30,466 bases of DNA from Chloroflexota bacterium. GTDB taxonomy: Bacteria > Chloroflexota > Anaerolineae > Promineifilales > Promineifilaceae. The stretch is from the NCBI GenBank assembly GCA_024640485.1, contig JAHEEY010000001.1, positions 1 through 30,466 on the forward strand, read 5' to 3'. This document shows positions 7,929 through 16,902 of the stretch, one piece after another (within the stretch, counting starts at the first letter, position 1; each line of letters begins with the position of its first letter). The notes under the pieces were generated by a model. That model did not search any database, was not told where the DNA came from, and was given only the letters and a program-made list of their open reading frames with translations. A program made the position numbers and the translations under genes.

Positions 7929-8921
7929 ATGATTGAGCTAAAACGATTGCAGAAAGTAGTCGACCACCGTACGGTTCTCGACATCGATTCAGTCTTGGTA
8001 GCTGATGGCGAAATCGCAGCTGTGGTTGGTCCTGCCGGGAGCGGCAAGCGGGCGCTGCTGGACCTGCTTATCGGACGGGCAAGTCCAACGGTTGGCGCGG
8101 TGAGTTTCGACAGCCTGAATCCGGCTGAAGACAAGGGGGCATTCAGCCAGCGCGTGGGTGTGGTCTTCGCTGAAGACACCTTGTATCGACGTCAGTCTGC
8201 CAAAGGGAACCTCCGGTTTCTCTGCCGGCTGAGAGGGCTGCCTGAGACGCGGGTTCAAGAAGTGCTGGCTCAGGTCGGGCTGGCAGATCACGGTAGTGAG
8301 AAGGCGGAGAAGCTGCCCACAGGACTTTCGCGGCGGCTGGCGTTCGGATGCGCCATTCTGCATCAACCCGACACCTTGATTGTGGTGGAGCCATTCCGCA
8401 GATGTGATGATACCAGCATCAGCTTGTTGGGCGGCTTGATGCGGCAGCTGGCCGATGAAGGCAAGAGCCTGCTTATCTTGGCGGACAACAACGCCAACCT
8501 CGTTTCCCTCTGCGACACGATCTATTCCTTGGAGCAGGGGCGTATCGTCGATGTGCGCAAGCCGGCAGAAGAGGAAGCGTCTGTCATGCCTTTCAAAATC
8601 CCGGTTCGTTTGGAGGGCAGTATCGCCCTGGTGAACCCGGCTGACATATTGTACGCGCTGACGCAAGATGGGCGCACCTATCTGCAGACCAGTGACGAGC
8701 GGCTGCCTACGCAGTACACCATGGCCGAATTGGAGGAACGGCTTTCCCGCCGCGGCTTTTTCCGGGCGCACCGAGGCTACCTGGTCAACCTCCAGCATGT
8801 CAAAGAGGTCATCCCTTATACCCGCAGCAGTTTCAGCTTGAAGCTGAATGACGCCGATGAGACCAAGATCCCCTTAAGTAAAGAAGCGGCCCGGGAGCTG
8901 CGAGATCTACTGGGTTATTAA
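7929..8921 (+). CDS. Degenerate ABC ATPase domain fused to a C-terminal LytTR DNA-binding domain
   Basis: N-terminal ABC fold with GPAGSGKR, LPTGLSRR and LIVVEP. C-terminal DILYA...LEERL...FFRAHRGYLVNLQHVKEV...IPLSK is a LytTR signature. Confidence 0.9.
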   Translation: MIELKRLQKVVDHRTVLDIDSVLVADGEIAAVVGPAGSGKRALLDLLIGRASPTVGAVSFDSLNPAEDKGAFSQRVGVVFAEDTLYRRQSAKGNLRFLCRLRGLPETRVQEVLAQVGLADHGSEKAEKLPTGLSRRLAFGCAILHQPDTLIVVEPFRRCDDTSISLLGGLMRQLADEGKSLLILADNNANLVSLCDTIYSLEQGRIVDVRKPAEEEASVMPFKIPVRLEGSIALVNPADILYALTQDGRTYLQTSDERLPTQYTMAELEERLSRRGFFRAHRGYLVNLQHVKEVIPYTRSSFSLKLNDADETKIPLSKEAARELRDLLGY

Positions 8922-9016
8922 TCCTCTGCGCCTACCGCCATCGGAGCCACCGCTTCCCCTCTATCCTGGACGAGCTGTTGTTCCGTCGCCACGATGTCCC
9001 CGACAGCCCAGCTGGT

Positions 9017-9067
9017 ACCATTCGCCCTTGTTCTGGCACTTCTTAACCCGATCTCAGCACCTTCCGG
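9017..9067 (+). repeat. Three imperfect 9-bp direct repeats with 12-bp spacers (LytTR-type binding sites)
   Basis: ACCATTCGC (9017), ACTTCTTAA (9038), ACCTTCCGG (9059); exact 21-bp period. Confidence 0.6.
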
Positions 9068-9077
9068 CGGGTTTTTG

Positions 9078-9106
9078 ATGAAAAGCTGCCGGCTCCACTT
9101 TATACT
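9078..9106 (+). promoter_or_regulatory. Promoter of the ABC exporter operon (weak -35, strong -10)
   Basis: ATGAAA-N17-TATACT, starting 10 bp after the last direct repeat. Confidence 0.55.
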
Positions 9107-9225
9107 GTACATATGAGTGATGCGGCTAAATGCCCGGCCGAAACTACAGCCTTCGCAGCCATCTGGCGGATCTAGCCGGCAGCAGAGAATAACGAGCATT
9201 AGCCGGGTAAGATTGGGAGTCAACC

Positions 9226-9963
9226 ATGTATGCCATAGAGGTGCGAAACCTAACCCGACGATATCAGGATACCCTGGCGGTGGACGATATCTCCTTCAGT
9301 GTGGATCCGGGTGAGATCTTCGGCTTTCTGGGACCCAACGGCGCCGGGAAATCGACTACTATCAAGGTTCTCACCGGGCAGCTTCGCCCTACTTCAGGCA
9401 GCGCCACGGTAATGGGGTGTGATGTGGTCTCGGGGCGCCAGCAGCTGAAGCCTCAGATTGGAGTTGTTTTCGAGCACCAGAACATCTACGAACGAGAGTC
9501 AGCTCAAGGCAATCTGCGGTTTTACGCGCGCCTCTACGGCGTTGATAGGTCCAGGGTCCAAGCAGTGCTCTCTCAAGTGGGCTTGACCGAACGGGCCCGC
9601 GAGAAGAGCAAGAATTACTCCAACGGGATGAAGCAGCGGCTGCTGATCGCCCGGGCGCTGCTCCACCAGCCGGCGCTGCTGTTTCTCGATGAACCCACCC
9701 GGGGGCTAGACCCTAATGTGGCCCGAGAGATCCGGGCGATCATCTCTGATCTGGCGGATCTGGGGGTCACGGTGTTCTTGACCACCCATTACATGGAAGA
9801 GGCGGAGCAGTTGTGTGATCGGGTCGCTATCATTGATCAAGGGCGGGTGGTGGCGCTGGGTACGGTTGAGCAGCTCAAAGCTGAACATGCTCAAGACGGC
9901 TGTGCCAATCTGGAGGATCTATTTGTGCATCTGACCGGCCGTCATCTGGGCCAGGATCATTGA
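9226..9963 (+). CDS. ABC-2 type exporter ATP-binding protein (DrrA-like)
   Basis: GPNGAGKST, YSNGMKQR, LFLDEPTRGLD and TTHYMEEA all intact; GGGAG SD. Confidence 0.93.
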   Translation: MYAIEVRNLTRRYQDTLAVDDISFSVDPGEIFGFLGPNGAGKSTTIKVLTGQLRPTSGSATVMGCDVVSGRQQLKPQIGVVFEHQNIYERESAQGNLRFYARLYGVDRSRVQAVLSQVGLTERAREKSKNYSNGMKQRLLIARALLHQPALLFLDEPTRGLDPNVAREIRAIISDLADLGVTVFLTTHYMEEAEQLCDRVAIIDQGRVVALGTVEQLKAEHAQDGCANLEDLFVHLTGRHLGQDH

Positions 9964-10072
9964 ACCGATGCCGCTGCTGCCCATGGCACAGCCGGTAAGG
10001 GCGGCAGCTAGCGATGGGCGGGGCAGCTTTAAGCTGCCGAACATGTGGATTTTGAAGTAGGTAGGCGCGAAA

Positions 10073-11173
10073 ATGAACAGAAGCTTTAGGAACGCCACCA
10101 GGCGGCGGCAAATAATTTTGGCAGTGGCAGCCAAGGATATTGTGGACGCGCTGAAAAACAAGACGATCATGACCATGATGATCGGGCTGGCCTTGACAAT
10201 GCTTGCCAGTCAAGGGCTGCCCTTGTTGCTGAAGCTGAATCCGGTGACCAGGGTCGTGGTCTATGACCCAACTGGTTCCAGCTTGATGGAACAGCTGAAA
10301 GGGCGCGATCAATTTCGGCTGATCCAGGCAAAGTCTCTGGAAGAGATGGAAATAAGGATAACGGAAGCCAGTGAAGTGATGATCGGGGTCGCTTTCCCAT
10401 CTGACATCGACGAGATGGTAGAGCATGGGGATGAGCTGGTGCTGGAAAGCTATCTGGTCCATTGGTCCAGCCGTTCAAAGCGTCAGGCAGTATCCGAATT
10501 TCTCAAGGGACAGCTGCTGGGGGTGATAGATCCGCCGGCAGCGGTCCAGCTCCGTGAGAATATCCTCTATCCCCAGCCAGATGCCAGTGGGCGGCCGTTT
10601 GTGGTGTCGATGAGCCTCGTCATGGTCATCGTTATGGTGGGCGGCCTGTTGGTGCCCTACTTGATGATGGACGAGAAAGAGAGCCATACGATGGAGACGC
10701 TGTTGGTATCTCCGGCTAGCTACAGCCAAGTCGTGATGGGGAAATCAATAGCCGGTGCTTTCTACTGTATCTGCGGCGTGGCGGTGATGTTGGCTTTCTA
10801 TCATGCCATGGTTCATTCGTGGTGGCTGGCGATATTGGCGGTCATTGGCGGCGCCCTGTTCTCGGTCACCATCGGGCTGCTTATGGGCACGCTGTTCAAC
10901 AACCCCGCATCGATGAATCTGTGGTTGGGGGTGCTGCTGGTACTGCTGCTGTCGCCGGTATTCCTGGTAGATACGATGGGGCCCTTGTCGCCATCGCTAT
11001 TGAAGAGCGCCCTGCCGTACTTCCCCACAGCAGCAGTGGCAGAGATGCTGCGGGCTTCTTTTTCCAGCGGCATTTCAGCAGATATGATCTTGCGAAATGT
11101 GGTGGTGGTGGCGGTCAGCAATGCGCTGCTCTTTGTCCTGGTCGTTTGGCGGGTCCGCCAGATGGATAGGTAG
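10073..11173 (+). CDS. ABC-2 type permease (one N-terminal TM, extracytoplasmic domain, five TMs)
   Basis: AVAAKDIVDA, MMDEKESHTMETLLVSPAS...VVMGK; hydrophobic C-terminal half. Confidence 0.9.
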   Translation: MNRSFRNATRRRQIILAVAAKDIVDALKNKTIMTMMIGLALTMLASQGLPLLLKLNPVTRVVVYDPTGSSLMEQLKGRDQFRLIQAKSLEEMEIRITEASEVMIGVAFPSDIDEMVEHGDELVLESYLVHWSSRSKRQAVSEFLKGQLLGVIDPPAAVQLRENILYPQPDASGRPFVVSMSLVMVIVMVGGLLVPYLMMDEKESHTMETLLVSPASYSQVVMGKSIAGAFYCICGVAVMLAFYHAMVHSWWLAILAVIGGALFSVTIGLLMGTLFNNPASMNLWLGVLLVLLLSPVFLVDTMGPLSPSLLKSALPYFPTAAVAEMLRASFSSGISADMILRNVVVVAVSNALLFVLVVWRVRQMDR

Positions 11174-11257
11174 CGCGCTGCCTGAGTTAGGAACGATTGT
11201 ACGGCGGCTGCCGTAAGGGTGTGGGCATCAGCCGCTGATATGTAAGGGATTGTTAAA

Positions 11258-12346
11258 ATGAACGGTATTAGAATACTACCTATCCAGAATGCTCGAATCG
11301 TCTGGGCTATTGCCGCAAAAGATCTTGTCGATGGCTTTCAGAACCGGACCATATTGAGCGGCATCGCTACGGTGCTCTTTTTGATGTCGTTGTACCATTG
11401 GTTTCCCAAGCTCTATAAATCAGACCACATCGACGTTGTCGCTTTCGATGCCGGCGGGTCACAGCTGGCAGATGAGATGGCGGATGATCCCGGCTTCAGA
11501 TTGTGGCTGGCGAATTCCGAGCAGGAATTGCGGGCATTGATGGGAGAGGGTGATGCCGGCGAGATCGGCATCGTGATCCCGGCAGACAGTGATCAGCGGA
11601 TGAATGGCGACGAGATTATCGAGCTGCAAGGGCACGTCCTTTGGGACAGCCGGCACAACGCGGATCAGTTGGCACTGGATCTCGAACAAAGGCTGACAGA
11701 GCTGAGCGGCCATCCAGTGAGGCTGAAGCTGGGCAGTCCGGTGTACCTGCAGACCGGGGCCATGGGAACGGTGAGGTTCATCGCTGTCTCACTGGTGATT
11801 ACCACATTTTTCACCGGCGTGCTGATCATTCCCAATCTGATGTTCGAAGAAAAGGAACGAAAGACCCTGGAGACACTCCTGATATCACCGGCAAGCATCA
11901 GGCAGGTGGTATTTGGAAAGGCATTGGCGGGCACTTTGCTTTGCCTGCTGATGACCGCCGTGGCAGTTGCTTTCAGCTGGCGCTATGTAGTTAGCTGGGG
12001 CTTGACCCTGGCGGCCACAGTCAGCGGAATCCTATTCGCCGTTGCCTTGGGCCTGGCGATGGGGATCTTTCTAGAAAATAAACAGCAGGCAAACAGCTGG
12101 ATGCTCATATTGGGCAATATCCTGCTGGTGCCAGTATTCCTGTCGGCCATGGATCCGATTCTGCCCCAGGTGGTTCGGGAGATCCTTCCCTGGACGCCGA
12201 TGGTTTCGCAGGCGCTGCTGTTCCGGTACGGATTTGCCGGCAGCGCGGCGGCTGGGCAGATCTGGCCGGCGCTGTCGATCGTCTTGGTAGGGGCTTTGAT
12301 TTTGCTGGCGCTGGTCGGCTGGAAAGTGAATCGTATCAGCTGGTAG
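11258..12346 (+). CDS. ABC-2 type permease, paralog of 10073-11173
   Basis: AIAAKDLVDG, MFEEKERKTLETLLISPAS...VVFGK. Confidence 0.9.
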   Translation: MNGIRILPIQNARIVWAIAAKDLVDGFQNRTILSGIATVLFLMSLYHWFPKLYKSDHIDVVAFDAGGSQLADEMADDPGFRLWLANSEQELRALMGEGDAGEIGIVIPADSDQRMNGDEIIELQGHVLWDSRHNADQLALDLEQRLTELSGHPVRLKLGSPVYLQTGAMGTVRFIAVSLVITTFFTGVLIIPNLMFEEKERKTLETLLISPASIRQVVFGKALAGTLLCLLMTAVAVAFSWRYVVSWGLTLAATVSGILFAVALGLAMGIFLENKQQANSWMLILGNILLVPVFLSAMDPILPQVVREILPWTPMVSQALLFRYGFAGSAAAGQIWPALSIVLVGALILLALVGWKVNRISW

Positions 12347-12370
12347 GCAGTTGGAGAAGCAGATGAGGAC

Positions 12371-13381
12371 ATGGCTTTGAAGAAGGCGTTTCATGAACTG
12401 ACCAGCCGGGGCAAAGCCGGCCGATTGCGGCTAATGGCCCGCAAGGCGCTAGAGCAATACGATTTGAAGGTCAGCCGGATCAGGTTGATCAGCAACGATA
12501 TGAACGGCATTTTCCGGATCGACACCCACGGAGGCGCCAAATACATCCTGCGGGTGGCGCTGCCAGCCGGTGGGCACAGCGTAGCTAATCTGCGCTCTGA
12601 GATGATCTGGCTGCAGGCGCTGGCGCAGGACACGCAGCTGAGCATACCGCAGCCCCTGGCTGCCCGAGATGGACGGTGGGTCATCGAGGTGGCTGTCGAG
12701 GGGGTTCCAGAGCCGAGACTCTGTATGATTTTTGGCTGGGTGCCCGGCGGAGACCTGGCCAACCATATCAGCGTGGTTAACATGACCAAACTTGGCCGGC
12801 TGTCAGCTGAGCTCCACGTTCACGCGGCCGGCTTTGAGTCCCCGCCTTCATTCGATATTCTGCGCTTTGACAAGGTGTTCCCTTTCCCTGAGCCGGTGGT
12901 GCTGTTCGACGACGCTCACAGCCATCTTTTTCCGGACGGCCGGCGGGAAATCTACCGTCAGGCGGTCGACTGGGCTCAATCGGCTATCGACGCCCTGCAG
13001 GCGGCTGGGGAGCCGATGCGGGTCATTCATGGAGATCTTCATCAGTGGAATGTGCGCTGGTATCGGGGGCTGCTCTCGCCCATTGATTTCGAGGATATGA
13101 TGTGGGGCTGGCCGGTACAAGACATCGCTGTCACTCTCTATCACTTGTGGCAGCACCCCCAGTACCCGGCGCTCCGGCAGGCGTTTCAGAGAGGATATCA
13201 GACTCACAGCCTCTGGCCCGAGCGGTACCCGGGGGAGATTGATGCATTTATTGCCGCCAGAGCCGCCGGGATGGTCAATTTTGTGATTCAGAACAACGAT
13301 CCGGCATGGGAAATCGACTTGGTTGAATATAGTGAGAAAGCTGCGCGGCAGCTGCGCGCCCTTTTAGACCAGCGTCATTGA
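12371..13381 (+). CDS. APH/homoserine-kinase-type II superfamily phosphotransferase (AmiN/YerI-like)
   Basis: YILRV, IHGDLHQWNV (catalytic loop), PIDFED (metal-binding) and DIAVTL. Confidence 0.88.
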   Translation: MALKKAFHELTSRGKAGRLRLMARKALEQYDLKVSRIRLISNDMNGIFRIDTHGGAKYILRVALPAGGHSVANLRSEMIWLQALAQDTQLSIPQPLAARDGRWVIEVAVEGVPEPRLCMIFGWVPGGDLANHISVVNMTKLGRLSAELHVHAAGFESPPSFDILRFDKVFPFPEPVVLFDDAHSHLFPDGRREIYRQAVDWAQSAIDALQAAGEPMRVIHGDLHQWNVRWYRGLLSPIDFEDMMWGWPVQDIAVTLYHLWQHPQYPALRQAFQRGYQTHSLWPERYPGEIDAFIAARAAGMVNFVIQNNDPAWEIDLVEYSEKAARQLRALLDQRH

Positions 13382-13471
13382 TCCTGCATCGTTTCGGCGC
13401 GTCCTAGACCGTATCCTTCACCTTAGCTTCAACCAAGCCGCCGCCCACCAAGGGGAACGAAGGAGTATGCG

Positions 13472-14608
13472 ATGATAAAGAATATACGGCGCTGCCTTCT
13501 CTTGATTTGGCTGTTGATGTTTACTATCGGCTGCCAGGAGGCGGCTAAGGAGCCGCCCGACTATTGGCCGACGGACGGCTGGCGGACAACTTCCCCGGAA
13601 GAACAGGGAGTCAGGTCAGAGATTCTGGCCGATATGCTGGCGCTGGTCCAGGCGGAAGCGTATGCTATTGACAGCATCATGGTCGTGCGCAACGGCTATG
13701 TGGTGTTGGATACCACCATCTACCCATTCCTCCAGGGTTCCAGACACATTATCTATTCCTGCACCAAAAGCGTGGTATCCGCTTTGGTAGGTATCGCCAT
13801 CGACCAAGGCGCTATCGACGGCGTGCAGCAGCCGGTGACGGCCTTCTTCCCAGAGCTGGCCATCGAGAATTTTGACTCCCAGAAGCAGGAGATGACCCTT
13901 GAAGATCTGCTGACCATGCGCAGCGGGCTGGCTTGCCGCGATTCTTACCTGTACCGGTGGCAGGGGCTGCGTGAAATGGAGCAGAGTGAAGATTGGGTGG
14001 CCCACGTCCTGAGTCTGCCGATGGTAGAGGCCCCAGGCAGCCGCTTTGAATACTGCAACGGCGCCTCCTTCTTGCTGTCAGCCATTCTTCAGGAAACCAC
14101 AGACCAGACCGCTTTGGCGTATGCTCAAGAAAACCTGTTCGGCCCGCTAGGGATCGAAGATGTGGACTGGAAAGCCAATCCTCAGGGGATAAATATCGGC
14201 TGGAGTGATCTGTACATGAGGCCCGACGACATGGCCAAAATCGGATTACTCTATCTTCATGAAGGGCAGTGGGACGGCGAACAGATTATCTCGGCCGGCT
14301 GGATTCGGGATTCTACCCGATCCTATGTTGACGCCACCCTGCAGGATGGGTATGGTTATCAATGGTGGGTGAGCGACAGCGGTGTCTATATGGCCTTGGG
14401 CTATGCCGGACAGTTCATTTTCGTTGTGCCGCAGAAAGGGATGGTGGTGGTGTTCACCAGCGATTTGCCAGAGGATCAGTTTGCTGTCCCCCTGGGGCTG
14501 CTCAGCCAATATATTATCCCGGCAGCTGATTCACCCTCTCCCTTAGCGGCTGATCCGCAGAGCCAGGAAGCGCTTCAGACGCTGACTGTCTCATTGAGGG
14601 AGCCGTAG
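13472..14608 (+). CDS. Beta-lactamase-family serine hydrolase, probable lipoprotein
   Basis: Signal peptide ending FTIG-C; SCTK (SxxK), LLTMRSG, FEYCN (YxN), GYGYQWW and ALGYAGQ. Confidence 0.9.
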   Translation: MIKNIRRCLLLIWLLMFTIGCQEAAKEPPDYWPTDGWRTTSPEEQGVRSEILADMLALVQAEAYAIDSIMVVRNGYVVLDTTIYPFLQGSRHIIYSCTKSVVSALVGIAIDQGAIDGVQQPVTAFFPELAIENFDSQKQEMTLEDLLTMRSGLACRDSYLYRWQGLREMEQSEDWVAHVLSLPMVEAPGSRFEYCNGASFLLSAILQETTDQTALAYAQENLFGPLGIEDVDWKANPQGINIGWSDLYMRPDDMAKIGLLYLHEGQWDGEQIISAGWIRDSTRSYVDATLQDGYGYQWWVSDSGVYMALGYAGQFIFVVPQKGMVVVFTSDLPEDQFAVPLGLLSQYIIPAADSPSPLAADPQSQEALQTLTVSLREP

Positions 14609-14782
14609 GGTCCACGCTGCCGTGAAAAGCCGCAACCCAGGAGGATTGGGCTGCGTATAGATGCAAGAAGCTGTAAGGTCTGAGCGGGGAGCAGACAGAG
14701 GGGGCACCTTGAGCAATACGCGTACCCTGGCTAGAAACATCAACTGAATGAGCCAGGCGGAAATACATCAGGAGAGAAGTAG

Positions 14783-15703
14783 ATGCATACAGTAGAGGTT
14801 TCACATCTTGCCAAGCGGTTTGGTGATATCGAAGCGGTGGTGGATGTCTCCTTTGCCATCGAACCCGGCGAGATATTTGGCATGCTAGGACCTAACGGCG
14901 CCGGGAAAACCACCACGATTCGGATGATGATGGACATTTTTAAGCCCGATGCCGGCAGCATCAGTGTGTTAGGCGGCCCGCTAGATCTACCGAAAAAGCG
15001 GCGGATCGGCTACCTGCCGGAAGAAAGGGGGCTCTATAAAGATCAGAAGCTCGGCGCTACATTGACTTACCTGGCGATGCTGAAAGGGCTGGATCAGAAG
15101 ACCGCTGAAGGTCGTTTGGGACAATGGCTGGAACGTTTCGACTTGACTGATTACCGTCAGAAGAAGGTAGAAGAGCTGAGCAAGGGGATGCAGCAGAAGG
15201 CCCAGATTATCGCCACTTTGCTGCATGAGCCCGATTTGATCGTCATCGATGAGCCGTTTTCGGGGCTTGATCCCGTCAATACCCGGTTGGTCAAACGCAT
15301 CTTTGAAGAGCAAAGGGATGCTGGCAGGTCCATCATTATGTCCACTCATCAGATGTATCAGGTCGAGGCTCTGTGCAACCGGATTGTGCTGATCAATGAA
15401 GGACGCTCTGTGCTTTACGGCCGGGTGGAAGAGATCAAGCGCAATTTCGCCGGCAATGCGGTGGAGCTGAAAGGGCAGGGGGATTTCACTGAAATCCCTG
15501 GCGTTCTGGAGACACGGCAGCTGAATGGCAGCTGGCATCTGGCCCTGGAAATCGGGGCAGATCCTCAGGATGTGTTTCGTGCTTTGGCCAACCGTGACGG
15601 GGTAAAGATCGATCGTTTCGAGCTGGCGGAGCCATCACTCGATGATATCTTCATCAGCGTCGTGCAAGACGGCAATCACGGATCGGAGGCGGGGCATGTC
15701 TAA
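14783..15703 (+). CDS. ABC exporter ATP-binding protein (NatA/YhaQ-like with C-terminal DUF4162-like domain)
   Basis: GPNGAGKTT, GYLPEERGLY, LSKGMQQK, IVIDEPFSGLDP, MSTH and EPSLDDIF. Confidence 0.93.
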   Translation: MHTVEVSHLAKRFGDIEAVVDVSFAIEPGEIFGMLGPNGAGKTTTIRMMMDIFKPDAGSISVLGGPLDLPKKRRIGYLPEERGLYKDQKLGATLTYLAMLKGLDQKTAEGRLGQWLERFDLTDYRQKKVEELSKGMQQKAQIIATLLHEPDLIVIDEPFSGLDPVNTRLVKRIFEEQRDAGRSIIMSTHQMYQVEALCNRIVLINEGRSVLYGRVEEIKRNFAGNAVELKGQGDFTEIPGVLETRQLNGSWHLALEIGADPQDVFRALANRDGVKIDRFELAEPSLDDIFISVVQDGNHGSEAGHV

Positions 15704-16901
15704 CTTCTGGTTGGTGGCCAAGCATGAATACCGCAATGTGGTCATGCGCCGGGGCTTTGTGATCGGTACCGCCGCCGTCCCTTTGGGGCTGGCGCTGTTG
15801 ATTGGTATGGTCATTCTGGTTGAGAGATCGAGCGAAAACCGGCTGCCGATAGGATATGTGGATCAGGTTGGATTCCTGGACGAGAATGCGCAGCCGGCTG
15901 CCGCCGATGACGAAGAGCGGATTGAAATACAGGCGTTCGCGGATGAAGCCAGCGGTGTCCAAGCGCTGGAGCAGGAGGAGATCCAGGTACTATTTGTCTT
16001 CCCTCCCGATTACCCGGAAACGGTAAAAACAGAGCTGTACTACTTGGAGAAGCCCCCCAGCAATGACGTCTGGCGCGAATTCGACGATTTCGTACGGCTC
16101 AATCTGGTGCGCGGACTGCCAGAGGATGTGGCCTACCGCATGCTGGAAGGGACTAATGTGGTTGTCTATGACACTGCCAGTGACCGGGAGTTTAGTGAAA
16201 GCAGTATTATCAATGTTATCTTGCCCATGGTAGCCAGTTTCTTCTTCTTCTTCGCCACCATGTCGGCTGCCGGCTACCTGTTGGGGGTGATCGCCACCGA
16301 AAAAGAGAACCGGATGATGGAAACGCTGCTGACATCGCTGACACCGGGACAGCTGATCGGGGGCAAGGCGCTTGGATTATTATCGGCGACGCTAACCCAA
16401 CTAACCGTCCATATCGTTACCGCGCTGCTGGCCCTGAAATTTGCTTCACCGGTCATCGAAGCGTTGCAGAAAGCGGTGATCCCCTGGGAATATCTGGGAC
16501 TGTTAGCCCTGTTTTTCTTCCCGGCATACACGCTGGTTGCGGCGGTGATGGTTGCCATCGGCAGCGCCGCTGTTGAGATGCAGCAGGCACAGCAAGTCTC
16601 CGGCATCGTCAACCTCTTTTTCATCGCGCCGTTCTTTTTGGTCGCGCTGCTCTTTTCCAACCCGAATCACCCGATCATTGTCTTTATGACCTTATTCCCG
16701 ACTACCGCCTTCCTGACGGTTTCACTCCGTTGGGGGCTGGGGTCTATCCCGACGTGGCAGTTAGGCTTGAGCTGGGTCATTCTGGTCGGATCGACCGCGT
16801 TTATGATTTGGGCGGCTGCCCGGATCTTTCGGGCTGGTATGCTGCGCTACGGTCAGCCGCTGACCTTTAAGGGCGCCCTGGCATCGCTTCGCAACCAATA
16901 G
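15696..16901 (+). CDS. ABC-2 type permease (NatB/YhaP-like)
   Basis: ATG 15696 overlaps the ATPase 3' end, with GGAGG SD; VIATEKENRMMETLLTS...LIGGK. Confidence 0.9.
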   Translation: MSNFWLVAKHEYRNVVMRRGFVIGTAAVPLGLALLIGMVILVERSSENRLPIGYVDQVGFLDENAQPAAADDEERIEIQAFADEASGVQALEQEEIQVLFVFPPDYPETVKTELYYLEKPPSNDVWREFDDFVRLNLVRGLPEDVAYRMLEGTNVVVYDTASDREFSESSIINVILPMVASFFFFFATMSAAGYLLGVIATEKENRMMETLLTSLTPGQLIGGKALGLLSATLTQLTVHIVTALLALKFASPVIEALQKAVIPWEYLGLLALFFFPAYTLVAAVMVAIGSAAVEMQQAQQVSGIVNLFFIAPFFLVALLFSNPNHPIIVFMTLFPTTAFLTVSLRWGLGSIPTWQLGLSWVILVGSTAFMIWAAARIFRAGMLRYGQPLTFKGALASLRNQ

Positions 16902-16902
16902 G

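Noticed and set aside
7989-8798. Long antisense ORFs (269 aa here; also 3734-4255, 4455-5042, 17392-18117, 20367-21065, 23646-24500, 26641-27248)
   Set aside because: Typical GC-rich antisense shadows of well-supported genes; no recognisable motifs.
9964-11257. GCCG(G)TAAGGG seen in two intergenic gaps of the exporter operon (about 9990 and 11210)
   Set aside because: Only about 10 nt shared and two copies; insufficient to call a REP-like element.
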